From Malacoraja senta (lineage: Eukaryota): DNA of 64,000 bases. Shown here piece by piece: positions 37,933 to 49,540 of the stretch; the first letter of the stretch is position 1, and every line of letters starts with the position of its first letter. Under the pieces are notes generated by a model. The model saw only the letters and a program-made list of their open reading frames with translations, did no database searches and was not told where the DNA came from. Location of the stretch: the NCBI GenBank assembly GCA_038087875.1, contig CM075988.1, forward strand, positions 3,410,001 to 3,474,000. Reading direction: 5' to 3'. Made by a program: the position numbers and the translations under genes.

Positions 37933-39986
37933 GGGGAGTGAAGATGGAGTTTGGTATGTTTGCTTCATTGGGAAGGGTATTGAGTACAAATGTTGGGATA
38001 TCATGATGCTGTTGCACAGGTTGTTGGTGAGTCCACACTTGGAGTACCTGGCCCAACTATAGGAAGGATGTCATGTGGATAGGATATGTTGAGCGGGATA
38101 TGGGCCAAGCACAGACAGGTGGGACTAGCGCAGAGGGGACACATTGGTTGGCATGGGCAAGTTGGGCCAAAAGGACTGTTTCCACGCTGAGTGACTCTAC
38201 GACTCTCTCAACTGGAAAAAATGCGGAAGAGATTCACCAGGATGCTACCTGGACTTGGAGGCTTGAGTTGTGGGGAGAGGTCGCATAGATAGACACTGAA
38301 TGCTGGAGTAACTCAGCGGGACAGGCAGCATCTCTGGAGAGAAGGAATGGGTGACGATTTGCATCGACAACCTTCATCAGTCTGAAGAAGGATCGCGACC
38401 CGAAACATCACCGACTCCTTATCTCCAGAGATGCTGCCTGTCCCACTGAGTTACTTCAGCATTTGGTGTCTATCTTCGATTTAAACCAGCATCTGCAGTT
38501 CCCACACGAGAGGTCACATAGGCTGGGACTTTTTTTCTCAGGCATGCAGGAGTAGAGGGGTGACCTCACTGAGGTGTACAAGATCTTGAAAGGCATGGAT
38601 CAAGTGAATGCTCACAGTCTTTTTTCCAGCATAGCAGATTCTAACACCATAGGGCATGGGCTTAAAATGAGAGGGGATAAATTTAAGAGGGGTCTCAGGG
38701 GCAACTTTTTAACAGAACAGAGAACATAGAACAGTGCAGCACGCGAACAGGCCCTTCAGCCCACGAGGTCTTCTCCTAACCTGGTTCCACGTTAAACTAA
38801 CCTCCCCTACCTGCACGTAATCCATACCCCTCCATTCCCTGCACATCCATGTGCCTGTCTAAAAGCCTCTTAAATCACTTTATTATATCTGTCTCCACCA
38901 CCAATCCTGGCAGCGTGTTCCAGGCACTCACCACCCTCTGTGTAAAAAAACTTGCCCCATGCATCTCCTTTAGAGTATGCCGCTCTTACCTCAAAGCTAT
39001 GTTCTCTAGACTTTGACATTTCCACTTTGGGAAAAAATTGTTTCGACTGTCTCCGTTTTCAACACTTCTCATAATTTCATATTCTTCTATCAGGACTCCC
39101 TTCAATCTCAGACCCTGCAGAGAAAATGTTCCAAGTTTGTCCAACCTCTCCTTAGATCTTGAAGAGCATGGATACCTTCTAATCCAGGCAACATTCTAGT
39201 AAACAAAAATGCTGGAGAAACTCAGCGGGTGAGGCAGCATCTATGGAGCGAAGGAAATAGGCAACGTTTCGGCCCGAAACGTTGCCTATTTTCTTCGCCC
39301 CATAGATGCTGCCTCACCCACTGAGTTTCTCCAGCATTCTTGTCTACCTTCAATTTTCCAGCATCTGCAGTTCCTTCTTAAACATTCCAGTCGAAGCTGC
39401 AACCAATGAAGATAAGCATTCTTTTATAGTCGAAGCTGCAACCGATGAAGATAAGCATTCCATCTTTACCACTCTACCTGTGTTATATTCTCAGGGAGCT
39501 ATGCACATGGACCCAAGAACCAATTGTACATCAAAGCTGTTAAAGTTCTTGCCATTAACTATATACCTTCCCTTTACATTTGCTACATTTCTCTTACTAT
39601 ATCCTACTGTTTACGTTGACAGCCTTCGTCACTGTCTGCAACTCCTATTTTGATATGACCTGCAAATATACTAAGCAACCAATCTACATTGACGTCCAAG
39701 TCATTTATATATATATATCACAAATGTGGGTAGACACAAAATGCTGGAGTAACTCAGCAGGACAGGCAGCATCTCTGGAGAGAAGAAATGGGTGACCTTT
39801 TGGATCGACACCCTTCATCTGTCTGAAGAAGGGCCTCGACCCGAAACGTTACCCATTCCTTCTCTCCAGAGATGCTGCCTGTCCCGCTCAGTTACTCCAG
39901 CATTTTGTGTCTATCTTCGATTTAGACCAGCATCTGCAGCATCTATCACAAACGTGGGGCAGCAATATACTGTAGTTGCTGCCTTA

Positions 39987-40408
39987 AGGTCCTGTCCCAC
40001 TTTGGCTAATTTTAGGCGACTGCCGGCGACTGTTATAGCTGTAGCAGGTTGCCGAAAAAACGGCGACTGGACCCCCCTATGACATAAAATTTGAAATAGA
40101 ATCATTACTTTAACAACTAAAAAAATCCGGTCAGCACTGGCAATAACCTACGTCACCTGGCGACAACTACGACAGCACCTGCGTCAGGAGAAGTCAAGCT
40201 ACGCTCATTGGCGTCAAACCCACTGTCGCCGACTGTCTCCAAAAATTATTTAACATGTTGAAAATCCAGCGGCGACCAGAAAGACGCTACGACTCTTTGG
40301 GCGACTGATGAAATTACTCACGACCATACAGGCGACACCCCGGCAACCATGTGGCGACAGCCTAGTCACCTGTAGTTGCCTAAACAATCGCCTAAGTGGG
40401 ACAGGCCC
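39987..40408. mobile_element. Harbinger-like MITE inserted in an HE1 SINE with TTA TSD
   Basis: gctgcc TTA|AGGTCCTGTCCCACTT...AAGTGGGACAGGCCCA|TTA cag, restoring the SINE gctgccttacag. Confidence 0.85.
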
Positions 40409-41075
40409 ATTACAGTGGCAGGATTCAATCCCAAATACTCGTGCTGTCTGTACGGAGTTTGTATGTTGTCCCCTGACCACGTGGGTTCTCTCCAGTTCCT
40501 CCGGTTTCCTCCCACACTCCAAAGACGTACAGGTTTGTAGGCTAATTGGCTATGGTAAAAAATAGTAAGATTAAACGAGAACTTACCAATTTGAAGTTTG
40601 AACTTTATTTTATGAGGAGTTACGATGAGCGATTACGTGAAGAAGCCCCGCCAGTCCGCATGCGCGTCAATCTTCAAAAGCAGCGGTGTGAAATCACAGA
40701 TAACAGTAGTCGAAGTGACTTAGTAAGATTTAGAGACGACTAGAACTACCAGATGATCTTTATGATACGAGGGTTGGGAACGGAGGGCACGTAATCGCTC
40801 ATCGTAACTCCTCATTATATAAAGATCAAACTTCAAACTGGTAAGTTCTCGTTTAATCTTACTATTTTGCTTCGGAGTCACGTGAGTGACTACGTGAAGA
40901 TTTCAAAGCTCTGTAATTTCATGCCATGGATACGAGTCCATGCGACACACTGCCTCAGTTGACACAGGATGAGTAATAATAAATAATGCATTCAAACATG
41001 ATACAGACTTAAACATGTTGATACTTGAATTAGCAAAACAGAAAACAATAGCGACCTCTCTCTCCCAGGGGGAAG

Positions 41076-42060
41076 CTATAAAACAGAATTTAAAATGGAG
41101 TGGGCAAATACCCCCGGTGTGGCAAGAGGTTTATTAGAGAACCTCTGAAATGTCAATTCATTGGACCATCCTGCGGCCGTGAGGATTTGGTCGAGAGGGA
41201 CGTCCAGTGCCCTCGCTGCTGACGTTGATGCCGCCCTGGTGGAGTGAGATTTAAAAAGGTCAGTGTCCACTCCGGCACAAGCCAGAACCTGTTTCAGCCA
41301 CCTTGAAATGTTTGTAACCGACACCTTCTATGCAGGCTTTTTGTGACTGATGAATATCGTTAATTCGGAGCCTCTGAGGCTCTTGGGTGACCTTGATATA
41401 CTGCTGCAAGTGCGTAACTACATATAGGCAAAGGTCTATGGGGTATGCCATAAAAATAAGTTTAAGCCCTGATGTCCCTGGCCTGCTCTGCTCAAGTAAA
41501 TCATAAACATAAAATGTTATGTTATTTACAGATGAAACCATCCTGTCCAGTCGCAGTTTCTGTAACGTCTGGACGCGTTGCGCTGACACCAGCGCCATGA
41601 GCATGACCACTTTAAGAGTGAGTCTGGGCAAAGACAGGGATGTTGCTGGAGCCCATTGGCGAAGCAGCGTGGTGAACCACACTCACATCCCAGATCTCCG
41701 TGTACCTGGGCCTGGGAGGATTACAGTTAAAAATACCCTTCATGAACCGGGATATTAAAGGGTGAGACCCAACAGAGTGTTCTCCCGATCCCTGCCACAG
41801 GTAGGACGATAAGGCACTCCTGGCACTGTTGATGGCACTATAGCTCAGTCGCTCATCAAAATATAGTGTGGAAAGAAATTCCAACACATCAGGTATGCTT
41901 GCCGTGTGGAATGATATGTTCGACTGCAAGCAGAACACCTCCATTTCTTGATATGAGAGATGTATTGTTTTTTAGTCCTATCCCTCCAGGCCGCAGTAAT
42001 CACATCCATCATACGACCTGATAGTCCGAGCCCCAGGAACGGTCTCCTCAGAATCTGCAA
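41076..42060 (-). pseudogene. DIRS tyrosine recombinase (frameshifted)
   Basis: SYSAINSARSALS, LMALVSAQRV, FKSHSTRAASTS, AAGWS motifs across ORFs 41612..41944, 41260..41682 and 41076..41324. Confidence 0.9.
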
Positions 42061-42103
42061 ATCAATAGATTAATACAGTCATGTAGTGGATGGTTCTCTC
42101 CAG

Positions 42104-43789
42104 TCACAGGGTGTACCAGCAGGTTACTGCATTTGGGACAGCCATAAAAGGCTGGGTTATTAGTCTCAGAACGAGTGGGAACCATGGCTGTGTAGGCCAG
42201 TCGGGAACTACCAAAACGCCTGAGGCAGAGTCCTGCTGGATCTTAAGCAAGCACCTAGTGATGAGGCAAAATGGGCGAAATGCATATAACAAATTTCCAC
42301 CCCTACTGTCCCTGGGTCTGGTTCCCATGAAACATACTTTGGTAGCTGGTGGTTTAAACTGGATGCAAACAAATCAATATCTGGTAAGCCATACCGAGCA
42401 ACAATATCATTAAATATTTCATGATTCAACATCCATTCTGTGTTGTCATTGAATTTTCGTGACCTGGTGTCCGCCACCATGTTAAATCTACCTGGTAAGT
42501 AGATAGCTGAAATCCAGATGTTTCTTGTAATACACCAATGCCAAATAAGGTTAGCCAATTTATCTCATGATACCGACTTGATTCCACCCATGTGATTAAC
42601 GTATGCTACTGCTGTAGTGTTGTCAATCTGAAGCTGAACATGCAAGTCATGCATACTAGTAGCATCTCTTTAAGCCATAGAGTGCTCCCAACAACTCTAA
42701 ATAGTTAATACCATGTGATTGAAGAATTAATGCCTCATGCATATTCCATCTGCCACCGCAGCTAGAGATGGTATCAGTAGCTCCCCATCCTAGAGCACTC
42801 ACATCAGTTTGTAAAATAACTGAAGTTTTATCAAACAAAAATTTTACTGGAACAATGCCAAATATTCACTATTCACCACTGTAATTCAGCAATGGCTTCA
42901 GCTGGTAACCGCATAGGTCTATTGAAATGACCTGCATGTAATTTGAGTGCCTGCTCCTTTGCACGTTGTAAATTTTGATAATGTAAAGGCCCGAATTGTG
43001 CAGCTGGAAAAGCAGCCACTAATTTGCAAATTATACTAGCCACCTGTCGAATAGAAGATTGTTGCTCATCAACGAGCTTGTTACAAGCTTCTATTAACTC
43101 TAATCTCTTGCCCCTAGGCAGAGTCACAGACATGTGTTGAATTAATGGTGAATCCCAAATAATCAATGACTAGATGGTATCAATTTGGATTTAACTGGAT
43201 GGATGAGAAACCCCAACCTCTCAAACATGAGTTTGGTAGCTGAAACAGATAATTCAGCTGATTCCTGAGTCTTGCCTATGATTAGGACATCATCCAAATA
43301 GGCCATTACAATATGATTCTGAGCCCGGAGTAGGCCCAACACCGGTTTTAACAACTTTGTAAATAATCTAGGAGCCGAGGTTAACCCACTAGGCAAAGCA
43401 TTAAACTGCCATAGTTGCCTCATCCAGCTAAACTTCAAATATCTCCGGTGATTGTAGTGAATGGGTACTGAATAGTATGCATCTTTAAGATCTATGCATG
43501 CCATATAACATCCTTTGGAAACCAGTTGTATAGCAGTAACAAAAGTTTCCATTTTGAAAGGTTTATACTGCACATAGGAGTTAAGTCGAGTTAGATCAAG
43601 AATGATTCGACACCTACCATCCTTCTTTTGTCTAGGAAATATATTAGACACAAATTGGTGAGATTGATGAAACGACTTCTCAATTACCCGTTTTTTAGAT
43701 AACGTTTCAATTTCAGCTTGTACATCTAAAGACTTGTGTTGTGAAAAAACCAATGTCCGGCTTGGTGTATGCTGTGTAGGTATAAACAA
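42104..43789 (-). pseudogene. DIRS RT-RNase H-methyltransferase-like region (frameshifted)
   Basis: IDLKDAY, LTSAPRLFTK, AYLDD (RT); QTDVS..GWG, INYLEL, DNTTAV (RNase H); IDLFAS..N and VVPDWPTQPWF (DIRS MT-like domain). Confidence 0.9.
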
Positions 43790-43823
43790 ATTTGAAAAGG
43801 AATTCTATTTGGAACCCTTGTAT

Positions 43824-44257
43824 TTGGCTTATACTCGCTAGAATTTAGGAGATTGAGAGGGGATCTTATAGAAACGTACAAAATTCTTATGGGGTTGGAC
43901 AGGCTAGATGCAGGAAGATTGTTCCCGATGTTGGGGAAGTCCAGGACAAGGGGTCACAGCTTAAGGATAAGGGGGAAATCCTTTAAGACCGAGATGAGGA
44001 AAAACTTTTTCACACAGAGAGTGGTGAATCTCTGGAACTCTCTGCCATAGAGGGTAGTTGACGCCAGTTCATTGGCTATATTTAAGAGGGAGTTAGATGT
44101 GGCCCTTGTGGCTAAGGGGATCAGGGGGTATGGAGAGAAGGCAGGTACGGGATACTGAGTTGGATGATCAGCCATGATCATATTGAATGGCGGTGCAGGC
44201 TCGAAGGGCCGAATGGCCTACTCCTGCACCTATTTTCTATGTATCTATGTATCTATA
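43824..44257 (+). mobile_element. Young CR1 3' end inserted into DIRS copy 1
   Basis: Nearly identical to 48208-48640; interrupts the DIRS sequence ccttgtat|actgtg. Confidence 0.92.
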
Positions 44258-44375
44258 CTGTGCAGTATAAGCAAATCTGATGTTATGCTACACCATTCAT
44301 TGAAAAACAAGTGTAATCTTCCACCAACTTGTAACTGACCCATATATGACATGTTGTGAAAAGAACCAGATCCAC

Positions 44376-45623
44376 CTACCTCCACGGTTGTCGGTGGAAA
44401 CTTCTGCCCCGAGTTCTGGAGGTGAAGAATGTTGGAGTGCGCCAATTGCGCTTGGTTGGCAAGGCCCGGCTTGGTCCTTGGCCTGAACCAGCTTCAGCGA
44501 ACCGTTTGTAGGGGTGCTGCCGAAATGGAACTTTGCTAGTCGGTTGGGCTTTTATGAGGCCGACCGTTTTTGCCTCGTCGTCAAACTCTCTGACCCGTTT
44601 TGATAGGTCATCACTGAACAGTAGATTCGGAGGTTGCACATTGCTCGATTTGCATAGTGCCGCAAACTTGGGATTCAGAGTAGGACGGATAGCACTCTTT
44701 CTGAGACAGTTTATTTCAAAATGTGCATTGCGCAATAGGGCCAGAGCATCCTGCTGCACGTCAGACAGGGGCCCCCCATCGACCGACCTAGCGAAAGCTG
44801 TAATGCCTGAAGCGAGCAGCTTTAGTATCTTCTGGAGCCTCACTTCCTGGGCTCTGATACCTACACCCATGTGACCCCAGATAGCGTGGTTCACAGTCGG
44901 CACTTTTATCGAGGCACAATTGGCGGGTGTCTCGTATTTTGTGGAAGTTTCTTCCATTGTGATGTCTTGCAGCTGGTGTGAGGCCATGTAATTTATAGTC
45001 ATAGCCAGGTCCTCATCCAGCAGTTCCCCAGTTCCAGTCGGTATAGCAAATTTAGATGCCATGCTTGGCACCCCTGGTTCGCGGCCTTCTTGCCCTGGGG
45101 TATGCTCACCGGCTATACCTCCGACCTCGGAGTCAGAACCAAACTGACCCCGTATGCTCTCCTCCTCCAAGAGGGAGACATTATGCAGCCCTTCTACAGG
45201 TGCCGCTGCCACGGGCCCCCGAGGAGACCCGCGGATATAAAGCTCCTCTTGCTAGAGCATATTGTGATGGAGCATCCTCTCCATCAGGAGCTCCATCCTA
45301 GACAGACGTCCAAAGACGCTATCCATTGTGGGAGGGGAACCCTCCTGGCCCGACTCATCCGAGTCAACGGGCCTTACCGACTTATTAGTGACTTTCCGTC
45401 CCACCAGAGTAGCCACGGTGCTTTCAACCGCCACTACGTCGGAAGCCACGGGCCGTGCCGCCAGTGACTCTGAAGGCGAGAAGGACGGCCGCCCGCTGCC
45501 CGCACTCCTGCGGTCTTCTGTAGCTGCTTTCCCGGCGGCCCTCCTCGACCTTCCCTTAATCATTTTCTCCATGGTCCGCTTGCTCCTGCAACAAGACTTA
45601 CCGACCGCAGAAAATGACCTCAA
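44376..45623 (-). pseudogene. DIRS gag-like ORF1 (one frameshift)
   Basis: P.NC...VPTVN.AIW, RK..IRP.LN..FA.LC and LLF.DDL motifs typical of DIRS gag. Confidence 0.8.
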
Positions 45624-45829
45624 CTAAGTTTTTAAAACCTATCTGAGGGTTTTAAAAAAACTTACCGCTGGTGGAGCTACACGCCTGCCAGCCCGTCGTT
45701 GCGCCATGCGTCAGACTAAATGATGCGCATGCGGACTGGCGGGGCTTCTTCACGTAGTCACTCACGTGACTCCGAAGTAAAATGTAAATTGGCACTGTTT
45801 CTATGCTGTATGATTCCATGATTCTATGT

Positions 45830-46435
45830 CATGAAGCAAAGAGGTCCTTCTGCAGTTGTACAGAGCCCTTGTGAGACCACACACATTGAGGTGTATTGTG
45901 TGCAGTTTTGGTCCCATAATTTGAGGAAGGACATTCTTGCTATTGAGGGAGTGCAGCGTAGGTTTACAAGGTTAATTACCGGGACGGCGGGACTGTCATA
46001 TGCTGAGAGAATGGAGCTGCTGGGCTTCTATACTCTGGAGTTTAGAAGGATGAGAGGGCATCAAATTGAAACATATAAGATTATTAAGGGTTTGGACACG
46101 CTAGAGGCAGAAACATGTTCCTGGTTCTGGGGAAGTCCAGAACCAGGAACCACAGTTTAAGAATAAGGGGTAAGCCATTTAGAACGGAGACGAGAAAACA
46201 CTTTTTCTCACAGAGAGTTGTGAGTCTGTGGGATTCTCTGCCTCAGAGGGCAGTGAAGGCCGGTTCTCTGGATACTTTCAAGAGAGAGTTAGATAGGGCT
46301 CTTAAAGATAGCAGAGTCAGGGGATATGGGGAGAAGGCAAGAACGGGGTACTGATTGGGGATGACCAGCCATGATCACATTGAATGGCGTGCTGGCTCAA
46401 AGGGCCGAATGGCCTACTCCTGCACCTATTGTCTA
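45830..46435 (+). mobile_element. CR1 LINE 3' fragment
   Basis: YCVQFWS..LRKDILAIEGVQRRFTRLI. Confidence 0.9.
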
Positions 46436-46514
46436 TCGTCTAAGTGTGTCATAATCATAGAGGACATAAACGACCCTTCAGCCCACTGAGTCCGTGCTGG
46501 CCATCAAACACTGC

Positions 46515-46725
46515 TTTACCTCCGCTCTGTCTGCCTAAACCTACCTGATCTCCCGGTTGCAAAACACTCCCCCTCCCATTCCCATACTGAACTTTCTATC
46601 CTGGACCTCCTCCATTGTCAGAATGAGGCCCAGTGCAATTTGGAGGAACAGCACCTCATATTTTGCTTGGACAGCTTACACCCCAGCGATATGAATATTG
46701 ACTTCTCTAACTTCAAGTAACCTTT

Positions 46726-46823
<98 letters not shown>

Positions 46824-47100
46824 CCTCCCCCTTTCCTAGTTCCCCAACCAGTTTTACTGTCCCCATTTCATCTCTATATGCTTTGTTGTCTCCTTCTCCA
46901 AGCTAATGATCTATTCTACATTTTCCTTGATTCTAATCGCCTTTGATGTCTCGTTTTCACACCTTGCACTTCCTTATCCCTGTGTCTCCCCCTCTCCTGA
47001 CTCTCAGTCTGAAGAAGGGTCTCGACACGAAATGTCACCCACTCCTTCTATCCAGAGATGCTGCCTGTCCCGCTGAGTTACTCCAACATTTTTTGTCTGT
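46515..47100 (+). mobile_element. Penelope-like 3' fragment with (CT)n and a hammerhead-type terminus
   Basis: LEEQHLIF GIY-YIG tail; ctgaagaagggtctcgacacgaaatgtc at ~47009. Confidence 0.8.
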
Positions 47101-47264
47101 CTTTGGCACCTGATAATGCTTCTTGGAGGAAATGAAGCAAAAGCAAGAATTGTCTTCAATTCTATTTAGTTCTCCTGATAGCGACGTTCGTTATTGCAAA
47201 CTAAGTCCATAGATACAGGAAACTGCAACTGCTGGTTCACAAAAAGAGACACAAAGTGCTGGAG

Positions 47265-48640
47265 AAACTGCTAGAGTCAGTTATTAAAGATGGGATAGCA
47301 GCACATTTGGAAAGTGGTGAAATCATTGGACAAAGTCAGCATGGATTTACGAAAGGTAAATCGTGTCTGACGAATCTTATAGAATTTTTCGAGGATGTAA
47401 CTAGTAGAGTGGATAGGGGAGAACCAGTGGATGTGTTGTATCTGGACTTTCAGAAGGCTTTCGACAAGGTACCACATAAGAGATTAGGATACAAACTTAA
47501 ATCACACGGTATTGGGGGTTCAATATTGATGTGGATAGAGAACTGGCTGGCAAACAGGAAGCAAAGAGTAGGAGTAAACGGGTCCTTTTCACAATGGCAG
47601 GCAGTGACTAGTGGGGTACCACAAGGCTCAGTGCTGGGACCCCAGCTATTTACAATTTATATTAATGATCTGGACGAGGGAATTGAAAGCAACATCTCCA
47701 AGTTTGCGGATGACACTAAGCTGGGGGGCAGTGTTAGCTGTGAGGAGGATGCTAGGAGACTGCAAGGTGACTTGGATAGGCTGGGTGAGTGGGCAAATGT
47801 TTGGCAGATGCAGTATAATGTGGATAAATGTGAGGTTATCCACTTTGGTAGCAAAAACGGGAAGGCAGACTATTATCTAAATGGTGGCCGATTAGGAAAT
47901 GGGGAGATGCAGTGAGACCTGGGTGTCATGGTACACCAGTCATTGACAGTAGGCATGCAGGTGCAGCAGGCAGTGAAGAAAGCGAATGGTATGTTGGCCT
48001 TCATAGCAAGAGGATTTGAGTATAGGAGCAGTGAGGTTCTACTGCAGTTGTACAGGGTCTTGGTGAGACCACACCTGGAGTATTGCGTACAGTTTTGGTC
48101 TCCAAATCTGAGGAAGGACATTATAGCCATAGAGGGAGTGCAGAGAAGGTTCACCAGACTGATTCCTGGGATGTCAGGACTTTCATATGAAGAAAGACTG
48201 GATAGACTTGGCTTATACTCGCTAGAATTTAGGAGATTGAGAGGGGATCTTATAGAAACGTACAAGATTCTTATGGGGTTGGACAGGCTAGATGCAGGAA
48301 GATTGTTCCCGATGTTGGGGAAGTCCAGGACAAGGGGTCACAGCTTAAGGATAAGGGGAAAATCCTTTAAGACCGAGATGAGGAAAAACTTTTTCACACA
48401 GAGAGTGGTGAATCTCTGGAACTCTCTGCCACAGAGGGTAGTTGAGGCCAGTTCATTGGCTATATTTAAGAGGGAATTAGATGTGGCCCTTGTGGCTAAA
48501 GGGATCAGGGGGTATGGAGAGAAGGCAGGTACGGGATACTGAGTTGGATGATCAGCCATGATCGTATTGAATGGCGGTGCAGGCTCGAAGGGCCGAATGG
48601 CCTACTCCTGCACCTAATTTCTATGTATCTATGTATCTAG
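47265..48640 (+). mobile_element. Young 5'-truncated CR1/HER1 LINE, RT nearly intact
   Basis: ORFs 47256..47915 and 47928..48542 are in one frame, split by a single TGA; QHGF.KGKSCLTNL, GVPQGSVLGP and FADDTK motifs; (TATCTATG)n-type tail. Confidence 0.95.
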
Positions 48641-49540
48641 TAGCTCAGCATGTCAGGCAGCGTCTCTGGAAAACAAGGGTAGGTGACGTTTCAGGACGGG
48701 ACCTTTCTTCAAAGTGATTGTATGGTGGGCGCGGGTGGGATGAAAGCTGGATGAGGAGGAGCAGGACAAACCATGGCAATTAATAGGTGTTCGCAGGCAA
48801 GGCTTTTTTGGACAGTCAGGTAGTTGAACAAAGTTCAGAGATGAAAAAACAGAAGGTGGGAGATAAAAATATTGAAAACGTTAGACTTTGAGAGATGCAG
48901 CGCAGAAACAAGCCCTTTGGCCCACTGAGTCAGCACCGCCCTGTACACTAGCTCAATGCTATGCACAAGGGACTATTTACAGGTTTTTACCAAAGTCTAT
49001 GAACCTACAAACCTGTATGTCTTTGGAGTGTGAAAGGAAACCGGAGTACCTGGAAAAAAAACACGCTGTCACAGGGGGAACGTACAAACTCCGTACAGGC
49101 ACCGCCCGTAGTCTGGATCGAACCCATGTCTCTTGCATTGTGAGGCAGCAACTCTACTGTCGCATCACTGTGCCATCCAAAAAGTTGCCAATTGTGAAGC
49201 CAAAGGAAGGAATGTAGGTGTAAGGGGAGGGGGAGAGGAGAAATAGATGTGAGTCCAGATAGGGCTTGGGGGGGGGAAGAGGGGGGTAGGGGGGGCAGGG
49301 GGGTTGGGAAGAAAGCTGGTAAGGAGGAGAAAGGGAGGAGGAGGAGGGGGTTGTTAAAGGTGACCAAAAATGCTACCTCATCATTCCTGTAAGTAATCCA
49401 AGATGGTGCCGAAGGCAGGGGACGCTCTGCGTGCTGGTCCCAGAAGTAGACCTCTTCTTCTTTTTCTTGCCTATGGCGTGTACAGCCTAAAATTGTAGGA
49501 CAACTTATTCTATTAGATCTTATCTAGAAGTAGACCTGCA

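Larger units (their letters stand above)
40562..45783 (-). mobile_element. DIRS1-type tyrosine-recombinase retrotransposon, full length, frameshifted (copy 1)
   Basis: ITRs 45721-45783 and 40562-40670, internal complementary region 40788-40900; gag, RT, RNase H, methyltransferase-like and YR frames; inserted without TSD in an HE1 SINE at an AAAAT. Confidence 0.95.

Noticed and set aside
41076..42060. Phage integrase or horizontally acquired prophage
   Set aside because: The tyrosine recombinase is part of a DIRS element with RT, RNase H, ITRs and ICR.
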